A stretch of 64,000 nucleotides of DNA, from NCBI GenBank assembly GCA_030390025.1, contig CM059433.1, positions 25,050,001 to 25,114,000 of the forward strand, in the 5' to 3' direction. How positions within the stretch are numbered: position 1 is the stretch's first letter; every line of letters starts with the position of its first letter. Positions 1 to 13,480 of this stretch are shown here, piece after piece. The notes below the pieces were generated by a model. It had not been told where the DNA came from. It saw nothing but the letters and a program-made list of their open reading frames with translations, and did not search any database. Origin of the DNA: Squalus acanthias. Taxonomy: Eukaryota. The translations under genes and the position numbers were made by a program.

Positions 1-547
1 GCCTCAGCTGGAGTATTGTGTCCAATTCTGGGCACCACAGTTTAGGAAGGATGTCCTGGTGCAGAGAGGACGCTGAGGAGAATGACCAGGATAGTACCAG
101 GGAACAGTGATTTCAGTTACGTGGAGAGACTAGAGAAGCAGGGATTGTTGTCCTTAAAGCAGAGAAGGTTAAGTGGAGATTTAATAGAGGTGTTCAAAAT
201 TATGAAGGATTTTGATAGAGAAAAAAGGAGAAACTGTTTCCACTGGCAGGAGGGTCAGTAACTAGAGGACACAGATTTAAGGTAATTGGCAAAAGAATCA
301 GAGGAGAGATGAGGTGAATTTTTTTTATGTCTCGAGTTGTTATGATCTGGAATGTATGGCCTGAAAGGGTGGTGGAAGCAGATTCAATAGTAACTTTTAA
401 AAAGGAATTGGATATATATATGAAAAGGAAAAAATTGCTGGACTATGGGGAAAGAGCAGGTGAGTGACTTTAATTGGAGAGCTCTTTCAAAGAGCCGGCA
501 CAGGCACGATGGGCTGAATGGCCTCCTGCACTGTATGATTCTATGAT
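1..547 (+). mobile_element. CR1 LINE 3' fragment (decayed ORF2 C-terminus and tail)
   Basis: Reads PQLEYCVQFWAPQFRKD; similar to the end of ORF 25021..27972; ends in a (ctatgatt)-like tail. Confidence 0.85.
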
Positions 548-748
548 GTGAGTTGCGGATAAGTGAGGCTTGTAATAGTGATGGGTGTGAGGAAAAGGCG
601 GTGTGGTGAAGTGTGGTGCAGTGATTGTAGTAGAGTGAAGGGAAGCGGGAGAAGGGAACCCTTGTGAGTGCTGTGAGTCTTGAGATTATTGAGGCTGTAG
701 GTGGTGGAGATATGAGCAGAGATTGAGAAAGCAGTATAATTACCTTAT
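548..748 (-). mobile_element. Harbinger fragment (intron of the Myb/SANT gene)
   Basis: Similar by eye to 29600-29785 (gtgtggtgcagtgattg...gaggctg..ggtggtg...gagcagag...ttacctt). Confidence 0.5.
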
Positions 749-769
749 ACCTAGTCTACTGCACAGCAA

Positions 770-1185
770 CAGGCCATTCAGCCCAACTGGTCTATGCTGA
801 TGTTTATGCTCCACACGAGCCTCCTCCCACCCCTCTTCATTTAACCCTGTCAGAATAACCTTCTATTCTTTTCTTCCTCATGCTTATCTAGCCTCCCCTG
901 AAATGCTATTCATCTCAACTACTGCTTGTGGAGCGCATTCCACATTCTAACCACTCTTTGGGTAAAGAAGTTTCTCCTGAATTCCCTATTGGATTTATTA
1001 GTGACTGCCTTATATTTATGGCCACCAGTTTTTGATTTCCCTACAAGTGGAAACATCTTCTCTATGTTTACCCTATCGAACCCCTTCATAATTTTAAAGA
1101 TCTCCAGCAGGTCACCTCTCAGCCTTCTCTTTTCTAGAGAAAAGAGCTCCAGCCTGTTCAGTCTTTCCTGATAGGTATACCCTCA
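770..1185 (-). mobile_element. CR1 LINE 3' fragment
   Basis: Reverse complement of CR1 ORF2 end and 3' UTR (aggccattcagccc; gaagtttctcctga; aggtcacctctcagccttctc). Confidence 0.8.
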
Positions 1186-3075
1186 GCACCCCATCTACTG
1201 TGTGCCCACCCCCTGTGTGCCCACCCCCTGTGTGCCCCACTCCCCGTGCGCCCAACCCCCTGTGCGCCCCACCCCCTGTGCGCCCCACCCCCTGGACGCC
1301 CCACCCCCTGTACACCCCACCCCCTGTGCGCCCACCCACTGTGTGCTCCGCCCCCTGTGTGCCCCACCCCCTGTGCGCTCCACCCCCTGTGCGCCCCACC
1401 CCCTGTGCGCCCCACCCCCTGTGCGCTCCACCCCCTGTGCGCCTCACTCCCTGTGCGCCCCACCCCCTGTGCGCCCACCCCCTGTCCGCCCCACCCCCTG
1501 TGTGCCCCACCCCCTGTGCGCCCCACCCCTTGTGTGCTCCACCCCCTGTGTGCCCCACCCCCTGTGTGCCCCACCCCCTGTGCCCCCCACCCCCTGTGCG
1601 CTCCACCCGCTGTGCGCCCCACCCCCTGTGCGCCCCACCCCCTGTACGCTCACCCCCTGTCCGCCCCACCCCCTGTACGCTCCACCCCCTGTGTGCCCCA
1701 CCCCCTGTGTGCCCCACCCCCTGTGTGCCCCACCCCCTGTGCGCCCCACCCCCTGTGCGCCCCACCCCCTGTGCGCCCCACCCCCTGTGCGCCCACCCCC
1801 TGTGCGCTCACCCCCTGTCCGCCCCACCCCCTGTACGCTCCACCCCCTGTGTGCCCCACCCCCTGTGTGCCCCACCCCCTGTGCACCCCACCCCCTGTGC
1901 GCCCCACCCCCTGTGCGCCCCACCCCCTGTGCACCGCACCCTCTGTGCCCCACCCCCTGTGCGCACCCCACCCTGTGTGCCCCATCCCCTGTGTGCGTTA
2001 CCCCCTGTGCGTCCCAGTCCCTGTGTGCGTTACCCACTGTGCACCCCACCCCCTGTGTGCCCCACCCTGTGCGCCCCACCCCCTGTGCACCCCGACCCCT
2101 GTGTGCATTACCCCCTGTGCGCCCCACCCGCCGTGTGCCCCACCCTGTGCGCCCATCCCCCTGTGCGCCCCGCCCCCTGTGCACCCCGCCCCCCCCGTGC
2201 GCCCCGCCCGCCCGTGCGCCCCACCCCCTGTGTGAGTTACCCTGTGCGCCCCACCCACTGTGTGCCCCACCCCCTGTGTGCCCCACCCCCGGTGCCACAC
2301 CCCCTGTGAGCCCCACCCCCTGTGCGCCGCACCCTCTGTGCCCCACCCCTGTGCGCACCACCCCACGTGCACCCCACCCTGTGTGCCCCATCCCCTGTGT
2401 GCGTTACCCCCTGTGCACCCCACCCACCGTGTGCCCCACCCTGTGCGCCCCACCCCTTGTGCGCCCATCCCCCTGTGCGCCCCGCCTCCTGGGCGCCCTG
2501 CCCCCCCGTGTGCCCCGCCCCCCCGTGCAACTGCCCCCTGTGTGAGTTATCCTGTGCGCCCCACCCCTGTGTGCCTCACCCCCTGTGTGCCCCAGCCCTG
2601 TGTGCCCCACCCCCCACCCCCTGTGTGCCCCACCCCCCACCCCCGTGTGCCCCACCCTGTGCGCCCCACCCCCTGTGCGCCCCACCCCCCACCCCCGTGT
2701 GCCCCACCCTGTGCGCCCCACCCCCGTGCGCTCCACCCCTGTGCGCCCCCCGTGTGCCCCACCCTGTGCGCCCCACCCCCGTGTGCCCCACCCTGTGCGC
2801 CCCACCCGCTGTGTGCCCCCCGTGTGCCCCACCCTGTGCGCCCCACCCCCGTGCGCTCCACCCCTGTGCGCACCACCCCCTGTGTGCCCCCCCGTGTGCC
2901 CCACCCTGTGCGCCCCACCCGCTGTGTGCCCCCCCGTGTGCCCCACCCTGTGCGCCCCACCCCCGTGTGCCCCACCCCCTACGCCGTGTGCCCCACCCTG
3001 TGCGCCCCACCCCCACCCCCGTGTGCCCCACCCTGTGCGCCCCACCCCCCGTGCGCCCCACCCCCTACGCCGTGT
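1186..3075. repeat. C-rich minisatellite, ~16-bp unit ccccaccccctgtgyg
   Basis: Directly visible tandem array of ~1.9 kb whose unit variants drift along its length. Confidence 0.97.
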
Positions 3076-3617
3076 TTCGAGCATGATTGAATTTCTAACC
3101 CCTCATCTCTTTTGGTTCTTTCAGTCTTGTAGCTGTCTTGCACTATGTGCCTTGGACCTCTACCAGGTTTTGTAATGAAAGAAAACTCTTTGATAATAAG
3201 TTTATTTTCCTTTTGCTTTGTTGGAGCAAGGGTAATTTGACATTTATTTAAAGGGAAATAAATTGATTATTAGATTCTGAGTATATGACCTAAGCGAGTG
3301 TTGGAAATAACTGAAATGGCAGGTATTCTAAGAACTCATTGAATAAGATATGTCTGACTTGTGATGGGACTTGACATCAGTAAAGCAATGTTTCATTTCC
3401 GCACCCTGAGAGGTCATGTGGAAACATCATGCAGCACGGATGATTGACTAGTAACTTAGCTGCAGGGAGACACTCGACTGTCATCTTCACAATAGTTTGT
3501 TCTCATGTTACTGGGCAGGAAAAATATGACTTATTACAGTCAGCAAAATTGTTGTATTTTGTCAGCCAAATGTGCAAAAGTAATTGTCACGCAGGATCCC
3601 ACAAGAACAATTTAAGT

Positions 3618-3751
3618 GTACAAAATCAAAATACTGCGGATGCTGGAAATCTGAAATACAAACAGAAAATGCTGGAAATACTCAACAGGTCTGACAGCAT
3701 CTGTGGAGAAAGAAATAAAGTTAATGTTTCAGGTCGATGACCTTGCATCAC
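3618..3751 (-). mobile_element. Short Penelope-like element copy with degenerate hammerhead motif
   Basis: Matches reverse complement of 48106-48238; flanked by direct repeat aacaatttaagt (3606-3617, 3752-3763). Confidence 0.8.
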
Positions 3752-3941
3752 AACAATTTAAGTATTAAGGTTTAGAACAAAGGATAACACAAGAACAATT
3801 TATGTAATGTTGTTTGAAATGCAAAGGAGCCAAAATAGTCTTAGGAGTTGAAATTGTCTTATTAATGATGACCACATGGAACTCTGCTGCCTGTGAACTT
3901 GAAGGTGCTAAGTCATTTATTTTAATTTGCAAAAGTTTGGT

Positions 3942-4085
3942 GTCAGCTGTGGCTCAGTTGGTAGCACTCCCACCTCTGATGTCAGTAGGTTTGTGGGTTC
4001 AAGTCTCATTTGAGGAAACTTGAGCACAAAATCTAGGTTGGCACTCCAATGCAGTACTGAGGGAGTGCTGCACTGTTGGAGGTGT
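3942..4085 (+). mobile_element. DeuSINE-like tRNA-derived SINE head
   Basis: A box tggctcagttggt and B box ggttcaagtct; matches 32335-32475. Confidence 0.8.
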
Positions 4086-4086
4086 C

Positions 4087-4340
4087 GGGCTGGATTTTGT
4101 GAATGGAGACGTGCTGGAGGCAGGACTGCTGCTTATCGGATCTCAGTCCCGCCTCCATCACGTTCTGGCCAACCAGCGAGATTTTCCCCTGATTGACCTT
4201 GTTAAGCCCGCCCTGCGGGCTCAGCAGGCCAATTAGAGAGAAGTCACTGACGGAGCACGTCTGCATCAGAGAGGACATCCAAGCAATCTGCTTCCAGGCA
4301 TCCGATAGCACAACCACGGAGGAGCTGCCGAGGGGGGCTT
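4087..4340 (+). mobile_element. Harbinger-type MITE left end
   Basis: Starts gggctggattttg, the same 13-bp TIR as 14735-15508. Confidence 0.5.
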
Positions 4341-4420
4341 GTGATCTCACGTCTCTGGGTCATTAATCTAGACCTCGAGGATTACTAGTCCAGTAACATA
4401 ACCACTATGCTACCGTTCCC

Positions 4421-5602
4421 GAGGTGGGGTGAGAGTGACTGCCCTTGACATCAAGGCAGCATTTGACCGAGTGTGGCATCAAGGAGCCCTAGTAAAACTG
4501 AAGGCAATGGGAATCAGGGGGAAAAACTCTCCTCTGGCTGGAGTCATACCTAGCACAAAGGAAGATGGCTGTGGTGATTGAAGGTCAATCATCTCAGCCC
4601 CAGGATATTGCTGCAGGAGTTCCTCAGGGCAGTGTCCTCGGCCCAACCATCTTCAGCTGCTTCATCAATGACCTTTCCTCCATCATAAGGTCAGAAGTGG
4701 GGATGTTCGCTGATGATTGCACAGTGTTCAGTTCCATTCAGATAATGAAGCAGTCCGTGCCCACATGCATCAAGACCCGGACGACGTTCAGGCTTGGGCT
4801 GATAAGTCGCAAGTAACATTCGCGCCACACAAGTGCCAGGCACTGACTATCTCCAACAAGCGAAAGTCTAACCACCGCCCCTTGACATTCAACGGCATTA
4901 CCATCGCTGAATCCTCCACATCAACATCCTGGGGGGTCACCATTGACCAGAAACTTAACTGGACCAGCCACATAAATACTGTGGCTACAAGAGCAGGTCA
5001 GAGGCTGGGTATTCTGTGGTGAGTGTCACATCTCCTGACTCCTCAAAGCCTTTCCACCATCTACAAGGCACAGGTCCGGAGTGTGAGGGAATACTCTCCA
5101 CTTGCCTGGATGAGTGCAGCTCCAACAACACTCAAGAAACTCGACACCATCCAGGACAAAGCAGCCCACTTGATTGGCACCCCATCCACCACCTTAAACA
5201 TTCACCCCCTCCACCACCGGCGTACCGTGGCTGCAGTGTGTAGCATCTACAAGATGCATTGCAGCAACTCGCCATGGCTTCTTCGACAGCTCCTCCCAAA
5301 CCCACGACCTCTACCACCTAGAAGGACAAGGGCAGCAGGCGCAACAGAACACTATCACCTCCAAGTTCCCCTCCAAGTCTCACACTGTGCTGACTTGGAA
5401 ATGTATCGCCGATCCTTCATCGTCGCTGGGTCAAAATCCTGGAACTCCCTACCTAACAGCACTGTGGGACTACCTTCACCACACAGACTGCAGTGGCTCA
5501 AGAAGGTGGCTCACCACCAACTTCTCAAGGGCAATTAGGGATGGGCAATAAATGCTGGCCTTGACAGCAACGCCCACATCCCAGGAACGAATAAAAAAAA
5601 AA
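4421..5602 (+). mobile_element. 5'-truncated CR1/L2-group LINE, decayed RT with A-rich tail
   Basis: ORF pieces DIKAAFDRVWH, GVPQGSVLGP, FADD, IYKAQVRS; near-identical family copy at 58520-59925. Confidence 0.9.
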
Positions 5603-6837
5603 GGAAACATAGGAAGGAACGTAAGAGCAGGAGTCGGCTATTCAGCCCCTCGAGCCTGTTTTGCCATTCAATTAGATCATGGCCAATCTGATTATCCAAT
5701 TAAACCATGGATGAGCCTTGGAGATAGTTGGCTGACCTGCCAAATGCACCATGCACCCTGCATCCTGCCAAATGCATGACCCCAATATCACCTTGTAGAA
5801 AGTAGGTTTGAGGAAACTTCCATCTAACATAGTTCAAAGAGACATCTCCTTAATGTGACTACAAGTGTCAGAGAAAAATCACTCACCTTTCAAAAGTTCG
5901 AATTTAAATAGCCATAAGTTCTTTTGCTGGAGTCCCAACCTAGATCACATGTTATGTATTAAACCTACACACGCAAAGGTGGCTTCACTCCTTCTCAACA
6001 ACTAGTGACAGAAACTAGTGTTACATTTTTATGATATTGCCAAGCTATAAATTCCTAATCTATAATATATTGAAAGTCTTACATATGCCATCACAATTGC
6101 TTCCTATAATACAATTACTTCACCATCACACTTTGTTTAGAGTGTCTCTATTGTTATAAAGCACCATGGAGGGAAATATCCGCAGTTCTCCTGATATCCC
6201 ATTTATGTCACTTCTCCAGGGTTTCCTCCGAAGTTGCGGCAGGAGATCAGCAGATAACTTCGGAGATCAGGAGAGCCCCCGTGGAAATTCCAGGCACATA
6301 TCCACTGACTCAACGTGAGCAGCATCTTCTAAATAAATGGTTAATAAAAAATCTGTAGCTTCGAATGTTCCTGAAAACCGAATACAGCCGTTGAGTGTGC
6401 CCATAACTCAAAGAATTGTCTGATCATGTTCAGTACAGTGAAAGGATTTGCAATTCAGAGTTCTATGACACAGATCGTGCCAATATTGATACAGGTGGGG
6501 TAAGCCATTGGCTGCTGAAGCCTGGTTCATAATTATACTCACTGTGACATTCTCCTTCAACCAGGTATTGTTAAATAGATGTGTGTAAAGTTAAAGTCGA
6601 ATTCCAAGGGGAGTGCACATTTATAATCATTAATCGTATCGTAAACCTGTTATGTATCCAGTGGAGTTATACGGCACTCTTTAAGAATGTTAAAAACACA
6701 AGCTTTTGTAGGTGACCTTGTTTTAAATGTTCATGTCTTAATATTCACGGATAAGTTTCAGTGTTCCAAATGGCCCTTTCTCGTCCCTGATTGATGTGCT
6801 TAAGTGTTTTACCTCAATGTGAACCGTAAATTTTAAT

Positions 6838-6975
6838 ACAAAAAGCAAAATACTGCAGATGCTGGAAATCTGAAATAAAAATAAAAAACACAAGGTCAGG
6901 CTGCATCTGTGGAGTGAGGAAGGTAGGGTTAGCGTTTCAGGTCGATGACCTTTCGCCAGTACTGCTTTTATTTCC
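6838..6975 (-). mobile_element. Short Penelope-like element copy
   Basis: gcaaaatactgcagatgctggaaatctgaaat...cgtttcaggtcgatgacctttcgccagtac; flanking direct repeat aaattttaat (6828-6837, 6976-6985). Confidence 0.75.
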
Positions 6976-7560
6976 AAATTTTAATGTTTCCTTGCAGTGT
7001 GTCTAATGTGCCAGCAGGTGGCAGTGTGTAGTAATGTGCACATTTGGACTTTCCTTATCTTCCAGGTCACTGCAAACTGGCGAGGAGAGTCACGGGGAGA
7101 AACTGGCTGTTTCAGGAGGGAATGAATGTGATATTGAGCAGCTAATCATAGGAGTCTGGGGTTATGTGACCCTCGACTACATGTAGCACGATGGAGTTTG
7201 TGTTCATCAATAGATCCACAGACATTAAAGAAAAAAAAGAGAAAAATCCAACTTATATTTTAAAGTTTATTAATTGTTGTCTTTATAGCCATGATATCTG
7301 ATGCTCCTTCTGGATTTGGATGTCTCTGAGAGGATGTAAGATTGATGGTGGCAGCTCTATGCCATACAGGTCCTGCAGTTGCTGAATGCAGGGAGACCGC
7401 CAGCTCCTGTGAGCAATGAATTGTTTTCGAAATTATTGTTTCCAACAAAAAAAATGTTTTTCTTTCAGAAAACAGGTTTTGTTTATCATTTGTTAAAATT
7501 TGATTTTAGTATATTCTAATCTTTCGCTATTATTTTCATCTCCTTTTGTTTTTTTTAAAG

Positions 7561-7579
7561 GAGCCCTTCCTTACAAATG
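7561..7579 (+). other. Candidate 19-nt host micro-exon
   Basis: Long polypyrimidine tract ending aaag, then GAGCCCTTCCTTACAAATG, then consensus donor gtgagt, in apparently non-repetitive DNA. Confidence 0.4.
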
Positions 7580-8645
7580 GTGAGTAATTTGACTATTTGA
7601 ATGTGGGACACAGTGATTCCTCTGCAATGCTTATTTAACTTGTGCTGAGCAATTTGACATCTAATTAGTTGAATTTTGGTATATATTTATTTTCCTTTAT
7701 ATAAAAAAAATGATTTCAATAAGGCCAATCATTAACAAACAAATGGGTTACAAATTGAGACAGGAAAACAGCCGCTGATTAATAGTCAAGGTTTAAAATC
7801 CTTTTTTTTTGCGAGAGAAACAAACCATTGATACAGCAGTGGTGTACAAGAGTAATTGGATGATCTACCACACCATTACCACAGCTCCATACAGAACAGA
7901 TATAAGTTATAAAATTGGATGCCTGCTTTGTTGAGCGCCCTATTTTATGAGGCGTTCTTTGGGGGCGAATAATAAGGTTGCGCTACCAGCACAGGCGGAC
8001 TCACTGAAATACTAACATCCCACCATAAACTACGACCTTCTGGATTATTGGTGTTCAGCCTTGCCCATAAAATTAGTATTAGTCTTGTGCATAAAAACTG
8101 GGAGCACAGGAGCTGGTCTGTTGAAGCAGGCCCCTGAAAGGGCCAAGGTGGGATTTTGGCTAGTTTTTATTTTGTGGTTTCACATTCCCTTTGCTACATT
8201 TTGCTCAATCATGAGTTGCTTTGGCTGGGCGGTCCTCCATCTTTGCATATTGAAGCTACTTTCCCTGCCAGTGATTTTCTTCAGTATCCTTATGTGCTGC
8301 TGGCTTTGACGTCACACCAGACCAAGAGGTGAGGATGGATAGTCCTGTGGGGGCTCTATACTCACAGCATTACAGAGTGGAGAAGAGGAGTCCATGAGGG
8401 GCCAGCAGATGCAGCTGCAGTAATCCCATGAGATGTCTGGGCCACATCCACACGACTCGGGGATCTGTACCCGGACATGTCAGAGGAGTCCTCACAAGAC
8501 AGCTGCCCCAGAGCAGAGCAATGAATGTGTGAGATGATCACTGCACAGATGAGGACTGCTGTCCTGTCCACAAAGTTCAGCGTTCCCAGGCCATGTACAT
8601 CTTCCCAACCTGTGACATCCATAGTGGCCATCTAGCAATAGGTAA

Positions 8646-9250
8646 GGGGGTAAAAATTGGGCGCTACCTTCGCCAGGGCACTCATTTTAGCGCCTTGAAA
8701 AAGTTAGCGCCTCCGCGGCCGATTTTCCAGGTAGCTTCCAGTAGCGCCCCTCCTCCCTCTCAGGGCGCTGTGAGGCAATATCGCGGTGCTACAGGCTGCG
8801 CTGCGGCACACCGCCACGGTACTGCAGGCCTTCCTCCCCTTATTAAAGGGGAGGGGCCTGGCGCAGCGCGTCCCGGCGCCCAGCTGGGCCACCAGGGATC
8901 GGAGAGCAGCCGGCATCCCGCGGGGGGATTTCACGGGGGCCGGGGACAGCAACGGGGGCAGGTGTTGGCAGGCGGCCAGCAACAAAAATGGTCGCCCGCC
9001 ACCTCCCCTTTAACGAGCGCCGCCCCGGCCGCAGTTAGGCCCCCCTGACCCCGTCGGACATAGCGCCTGGTGCTAAGTCGGGGGGGACGCCACCCAATGT
9101 TACAGCTGGGGCACTGCGCCGCCGCTAACCTCCCGCTGAATTTCACGGGAGGTGTTAGAGGCGCCGCGCCCAGGCGCTAGTTGATTTGCGCTCTATTAGC
9201 ACCCTCTTAGGGCGCTAACGGGAGATGCAAATCAACCGAATTTAGCCCCC
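8646..9250. mobile_element. GC-rich Harbinger MITE
   Basis: Termini gggggtaaaaatt / aatttagccccc, taa on the left flank, many subterminal gcgcta/tagcgc motifs as in 46260 and 62764 copies. Confidence 0.8.
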
Positions 9251-9469
9251 AAGGGGTTTTAGCTATTATGTGACATTGCCAGTCCCAGCCTGTTGAAGGT
9301 CATCTCCTTATGCAAAGAAAAGAACAACATGCACTGCTTGAGATGTCATTTTGCAAAGAGAACCCACAGCTGGATAGCAGCGTATATATTACCAGAGTTA
9401 ATTAAATGAAACAGAAAATGCCTTTCCAGCTTCAGAGTGAGTACTTTTGTGCAGTCAGTTCTATTTCTG

Positions 9470-12400
9470 CTTAAGGAGCAAAAGAAGGAGATGTTCGGAG
9501 GAGTGACCAAAAGCTTGGTCAAAGAGGTGGGCTTTTACTGAGGGTTTAAAATGAGGAGAAGGGGGTGGAGGGGTTTAGGGAGGGAATTCCATGAGCATGG
9601 GCTTAAGCAGCTAAATGTACAGCCACCACCAGAGGTTGAAGGGAGCAGAGGTTGCACAAGAGTCCAGAATCAGAGGAACGGAGAGTTCAGGGGAAGGAGT
9701 TGTTTGGAGGTGGTTACCGTTGATAGGGAGGGGTGTGGCCATGCAGGGATTTAAACACAAGGGTGAGAATTTTAAATTTGAGGTGTTGGGGGACCAAGGT
9801 CAGCGAGGAGAGGAGGTGATGGGTGAACAGGACTTGGTGCAGAATCGGACACGGCCAGCAAAGTTTTGGATCCGCCGAAGTTTACAGAAGGTGGAGGATG
9901 GGTGGCCGGCCAGCAGAGCATTGGAATAGTTAAGTCTGGAGGTGACAAAGGCATGGATGAGAGTTTCAGCAGGTGAAAAAAGGGAGCAATTACAGGCCAG
10001 TTAGTTTAACCTCTGTGGTGGGCAAATTACTGGAATCAATTCTGAGGGACAGTATAAACCTTCATTTAGAAAGACACAAATTAATCAAGGACAGTCAGCA
10101 TGGTTTTGGTAAGGGAAGGTTGTGTCTGACTAACTTGATTGAATTCTTTGAGGTCCCACATGGCAGGCTGATCAAAAAAGTAAAAGCCCATGGGATCCAA
10201 GGGAGATTGGCAAATTGGATCCAAAATTGACTCAGTGGCAGGAAGCAAAGGGTAATGGTTGAGGGGAGTTTTTGCGACTGGAAGGTTGTTTCCAGTGGGG
10301 TTCCACAGGGCTCAGTACTCGATCCCTTACTTTTTTGTGGTATATATCAATAATTTAGACTTAAATGTAGGGGGCATGATAAAAAATTTTGCAAATTATA
10401 CAAAAATTGGCCATGTGGTTGACAGTGAGGTGGAAAACTTTAGACTGCAGGAAGATATCGATGAACTGGTCAGTTGGCCAGAAAAGGGGCACATGGAATT
10501 CAATCCGGAAAAGTGTGAGGTAATGCATTTGGGGAGGGGCAACAAGGCAAGGGAATACACAATTAATGGGAGGATACTGAGAGGTGTGGAGGAACAGAAG
10601 AACCTTGGAGTGTATGTCCACAGATCCTTAAAGGTAGCAGGACAGTCGATAAAGTAGTTAAAAAGGCATACGGAATGCTTTCCTTTATTAGCTGAGGCAT
10701 AGAATATAAGAGCAGGGAAGTTATGCTAGAACTGTATACAACACTGGTTAGGACACAGCTTGAGTACTGCGTGCAGTTCTGATCACCACAATACAGGAAG
10801 GATATGATTGCACTGGAGAGGGTGCAGAGGAGATTTACGAGGACCAGGACTGGAAAACGTTAGCTATGAGGAAAGTTTGGATAGGCTGGGATTGTTTTCC
10901 TTGGAACAGATGAGGCTGAGGGGAGATTTAATTGAGATGTATAAAATTATGAGGGGTCTAGATAGAGTGGATAGGAAGGACCTATTTCCCTTAGCAGCGG
11001 GGTCAAGAACCAGGGGGTATAGATTTAAAGTAGTTGGTAGAAGGATTAGAGGGGAGATGAGGACATTTTTTTTTCATTCAGAGGGTGGTGGGGGTCTGGA
11101 ACTCACTGCCCGAAAGGGTGGTAGAGGCAGAAACCCGCATCATATTTAAAAAGTACTTGGATGTGCACTTGAAGAGCCGTAACCTACAAGAATACGGACC
11201 AAGTGCTGGAAGGTGGGATTAGGCTGGGTAGCTCTTTTCCGACTGGCACAGACATGATGGGCCGAATGGCCTCATTCTGTGTCGTAATTTTTCTATGATC
11301 CTATGATGATGGGCTGAGGTAAGGGTGGATGATGTTACGGAGGTGGAAGAAGGCGGTCTTTGAGATGGAGAGGCTATGGGTTTGATAGTTCAGCTCAGGG
11401 TCGAAGTGGTCCGTGCAGGCAGTGGGTCTCATGGACGAGATGAGCTCAGAGTGGGCATGGGGGACATGAGAAAGAAATCAGAGAGAAATGGGGATTCTGT
11501 GCTAATGAGAGGAGGTTTTTATTCGGTGGAAGCAGCAGAGGCAGCTGAACGGATGGTTTCTAAGTTGGTGAAAAAGAAACCTATGACGTCCTTGCACTTC
11601 TTGTTAGAGGTGAGGGTGGACAGGACAGGGGAGAAGGGTTAAAGTAGTCAGTTGGCAGTGGAGAAAAGAAGCCCTGGGTTACCTTTGCCTTCTGGCATGA
11701 GGCTAGAGTAATGGGCGAGTTTGGCAGAGGAGAATGAGGCCCAGTAGAACTTGATATCATTTGGTGATGATGGCTAAGCCAATTATGCACAAGATACAAT
11801 TAAGTGTCAGCTCCTTGGACTTGAGGGAGTGAAGATATGGCTGGACCAGTGGGAATGATCGGACTGGGAGACAGTGAAGAAAAGGACATCAAAGATAAAG
11901 CTGAGAAGATCAGCAGCAGCAGAGGTATTATGGTGACTGGAGGGCCAGAGGCTAAGCAGTTGGGAGTTTTAAAGTGCAGTTGTAAGTGCCTTTTTTCATA
12001 GGGTGAATGCAGAAGGGAGTGGGGTTGGAAAAGGGTTAGGGGGGGGTGTGGGTGGTGAGAGAAAGGAGGAAATGTTTGCCGATAGCCTTGTCAGTGTTCA
12101 AGACCACAGGAATACAGAGGCCATAAGAGATGGTAGAGTCAGGCGTTTGGCCATGAATATGGATTGGAGCGTTTATATTGAGGAGAGGTTAAGGCAGGAC
12201 AGAAGAGCGGCGAATTCTGAGTTGAGATGGAGATTGAGATCAACAGGAATGAGCAGTGGCTCCGTACAGATAGTGAGGGAGGAAAGGAGTGAGGATAGCT
12301 CGGTGAGAAACACGGGGTGGGGCTTGGGGCGGGGTGGGTGGAAGACAATGAGGATTTTAAAGGACAGGCAAAGGGGGTTGAACAGAGTGAGGTGCTCTGA

Positions 12401-12720
12401 GAAGGAGAACGTGCTGGAGGAATGCTTGAGAAACCAAGTATGACTTGGTGATAAGGATCACACCGCCACCGCAGCAGTTTGGGTGGAACAGGAGGTGGAA
12501 AATATAGCCAGGTGGGGAGGTTTTGTTACGGGGAAAGCCATGGTAAGACCCTTGTCCGTGAATGAGCAGACATTCCGGAGTAACGTGCAGAGGGGTAGTG
12601 ACTGCTGATTTGCTGGTAGAATCCCAGGGATCAGCGGTGGTTGGGGTGCATGGGATGGGCAGAAGGTTGCTGTGCTTGACCCACAAGATGGTGCGCTAGG
12701 CAGGTAGGACGGTAAGAGAG
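9470..12720 (-). mobile_element. Decayed L2-like LINE interrupted by a CR1
   Basis: 3' part matches the L2-type tail at 33745-34510; endonuclease remnants (GGGVILITKSY) near 12350-12700. Confidence 0.65.
9973..11307 (+). mobile_element. 5'-truncated CR1 LINE (decayed RT)
   Basis: NYRPVSLTSVVGK, SQHGF, FNPEKCEVMHLG; ctatgatcctatga tail. Confidence 0.92.
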
Positions 12721-12937
12721 GTGGATGAGGTATTTGGAGGTACTTAATCTGTACTGGTGGTGTTGGTTGAGGGATAAATGTTGGGCAGGATATCTGGCGA
12801 ACTCTCCTGCTCTTCTTTGAATAGTGCCATGAGATTTTTCGCATCTATCCACTGTCAGCCTTGGCTCTGTGGTGGCACTGGTGCCTCTTAGTCTGAAAGC
12901 TGTGGCTTCAATGCTCACTCCAGGACTTGAACACAAC

Positions 12938-13460
12938 GGGCCAAAAATTCGGCCCTTCCCGGATGAGTACACCGTGCGTACTCACCCGTAAGGCGTCCCG
13001 AAGTGCCGGTTTCCTGCATGCACTGCGCATGCGCGGGAAACCGGAACTTCCGGTCTGGTGAAGGGGGCGGTTCATAGGTGAACCGCATGCGCGGTAGAGG
13101 CTGCGCGCACGCAGCAAACTTAGATTTTTTTTCAGGTTTCTACGGGAGGGTAAGTATTGAAGAACCTGCACATTTAAAAAGGAGGCGCAGGAGCTGTTTT
13201 CAACAAGGTAAGTGGTTAATTAAGTATAATTTAAAAAAATTTTCAACAGGTTTATCTTTTTTAGATACTTTAAAGAAAGGTAAGTTTATTTTTAGCACTG
13301 TTAAAAAGTATTTTAATTTTTTCAAAAATTTAAATTTTTGTTTAAAGTGGTTAATTTATTTAACTATAGTTATTTTATAAATGTGATGGTTTTTAAAAAA
13401 AAAATATTTTAAGTTTAGCTGTTCTTTTGGGGCCGATTTCAATTCATACATCTTTACCAC
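12938..13460 (+). mobile_element. Harbinger-type MITE family X, copy A (right end missing)
   Basis: Colinear with 30168-30670 and with the reverse complement of 40790-41263. Confidence 0.8.
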
Positions 13461-13480
13461 ACAGCAATACAGGGGCCTTA

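Noticed and set aside
1112..3175. Many long Pro/Cys-rich and Gly/Trp-rich ORFs
   Set aside because: All frames are open because the ~16-bp repeat lacks stop codons; the unit is not a multiple of 3
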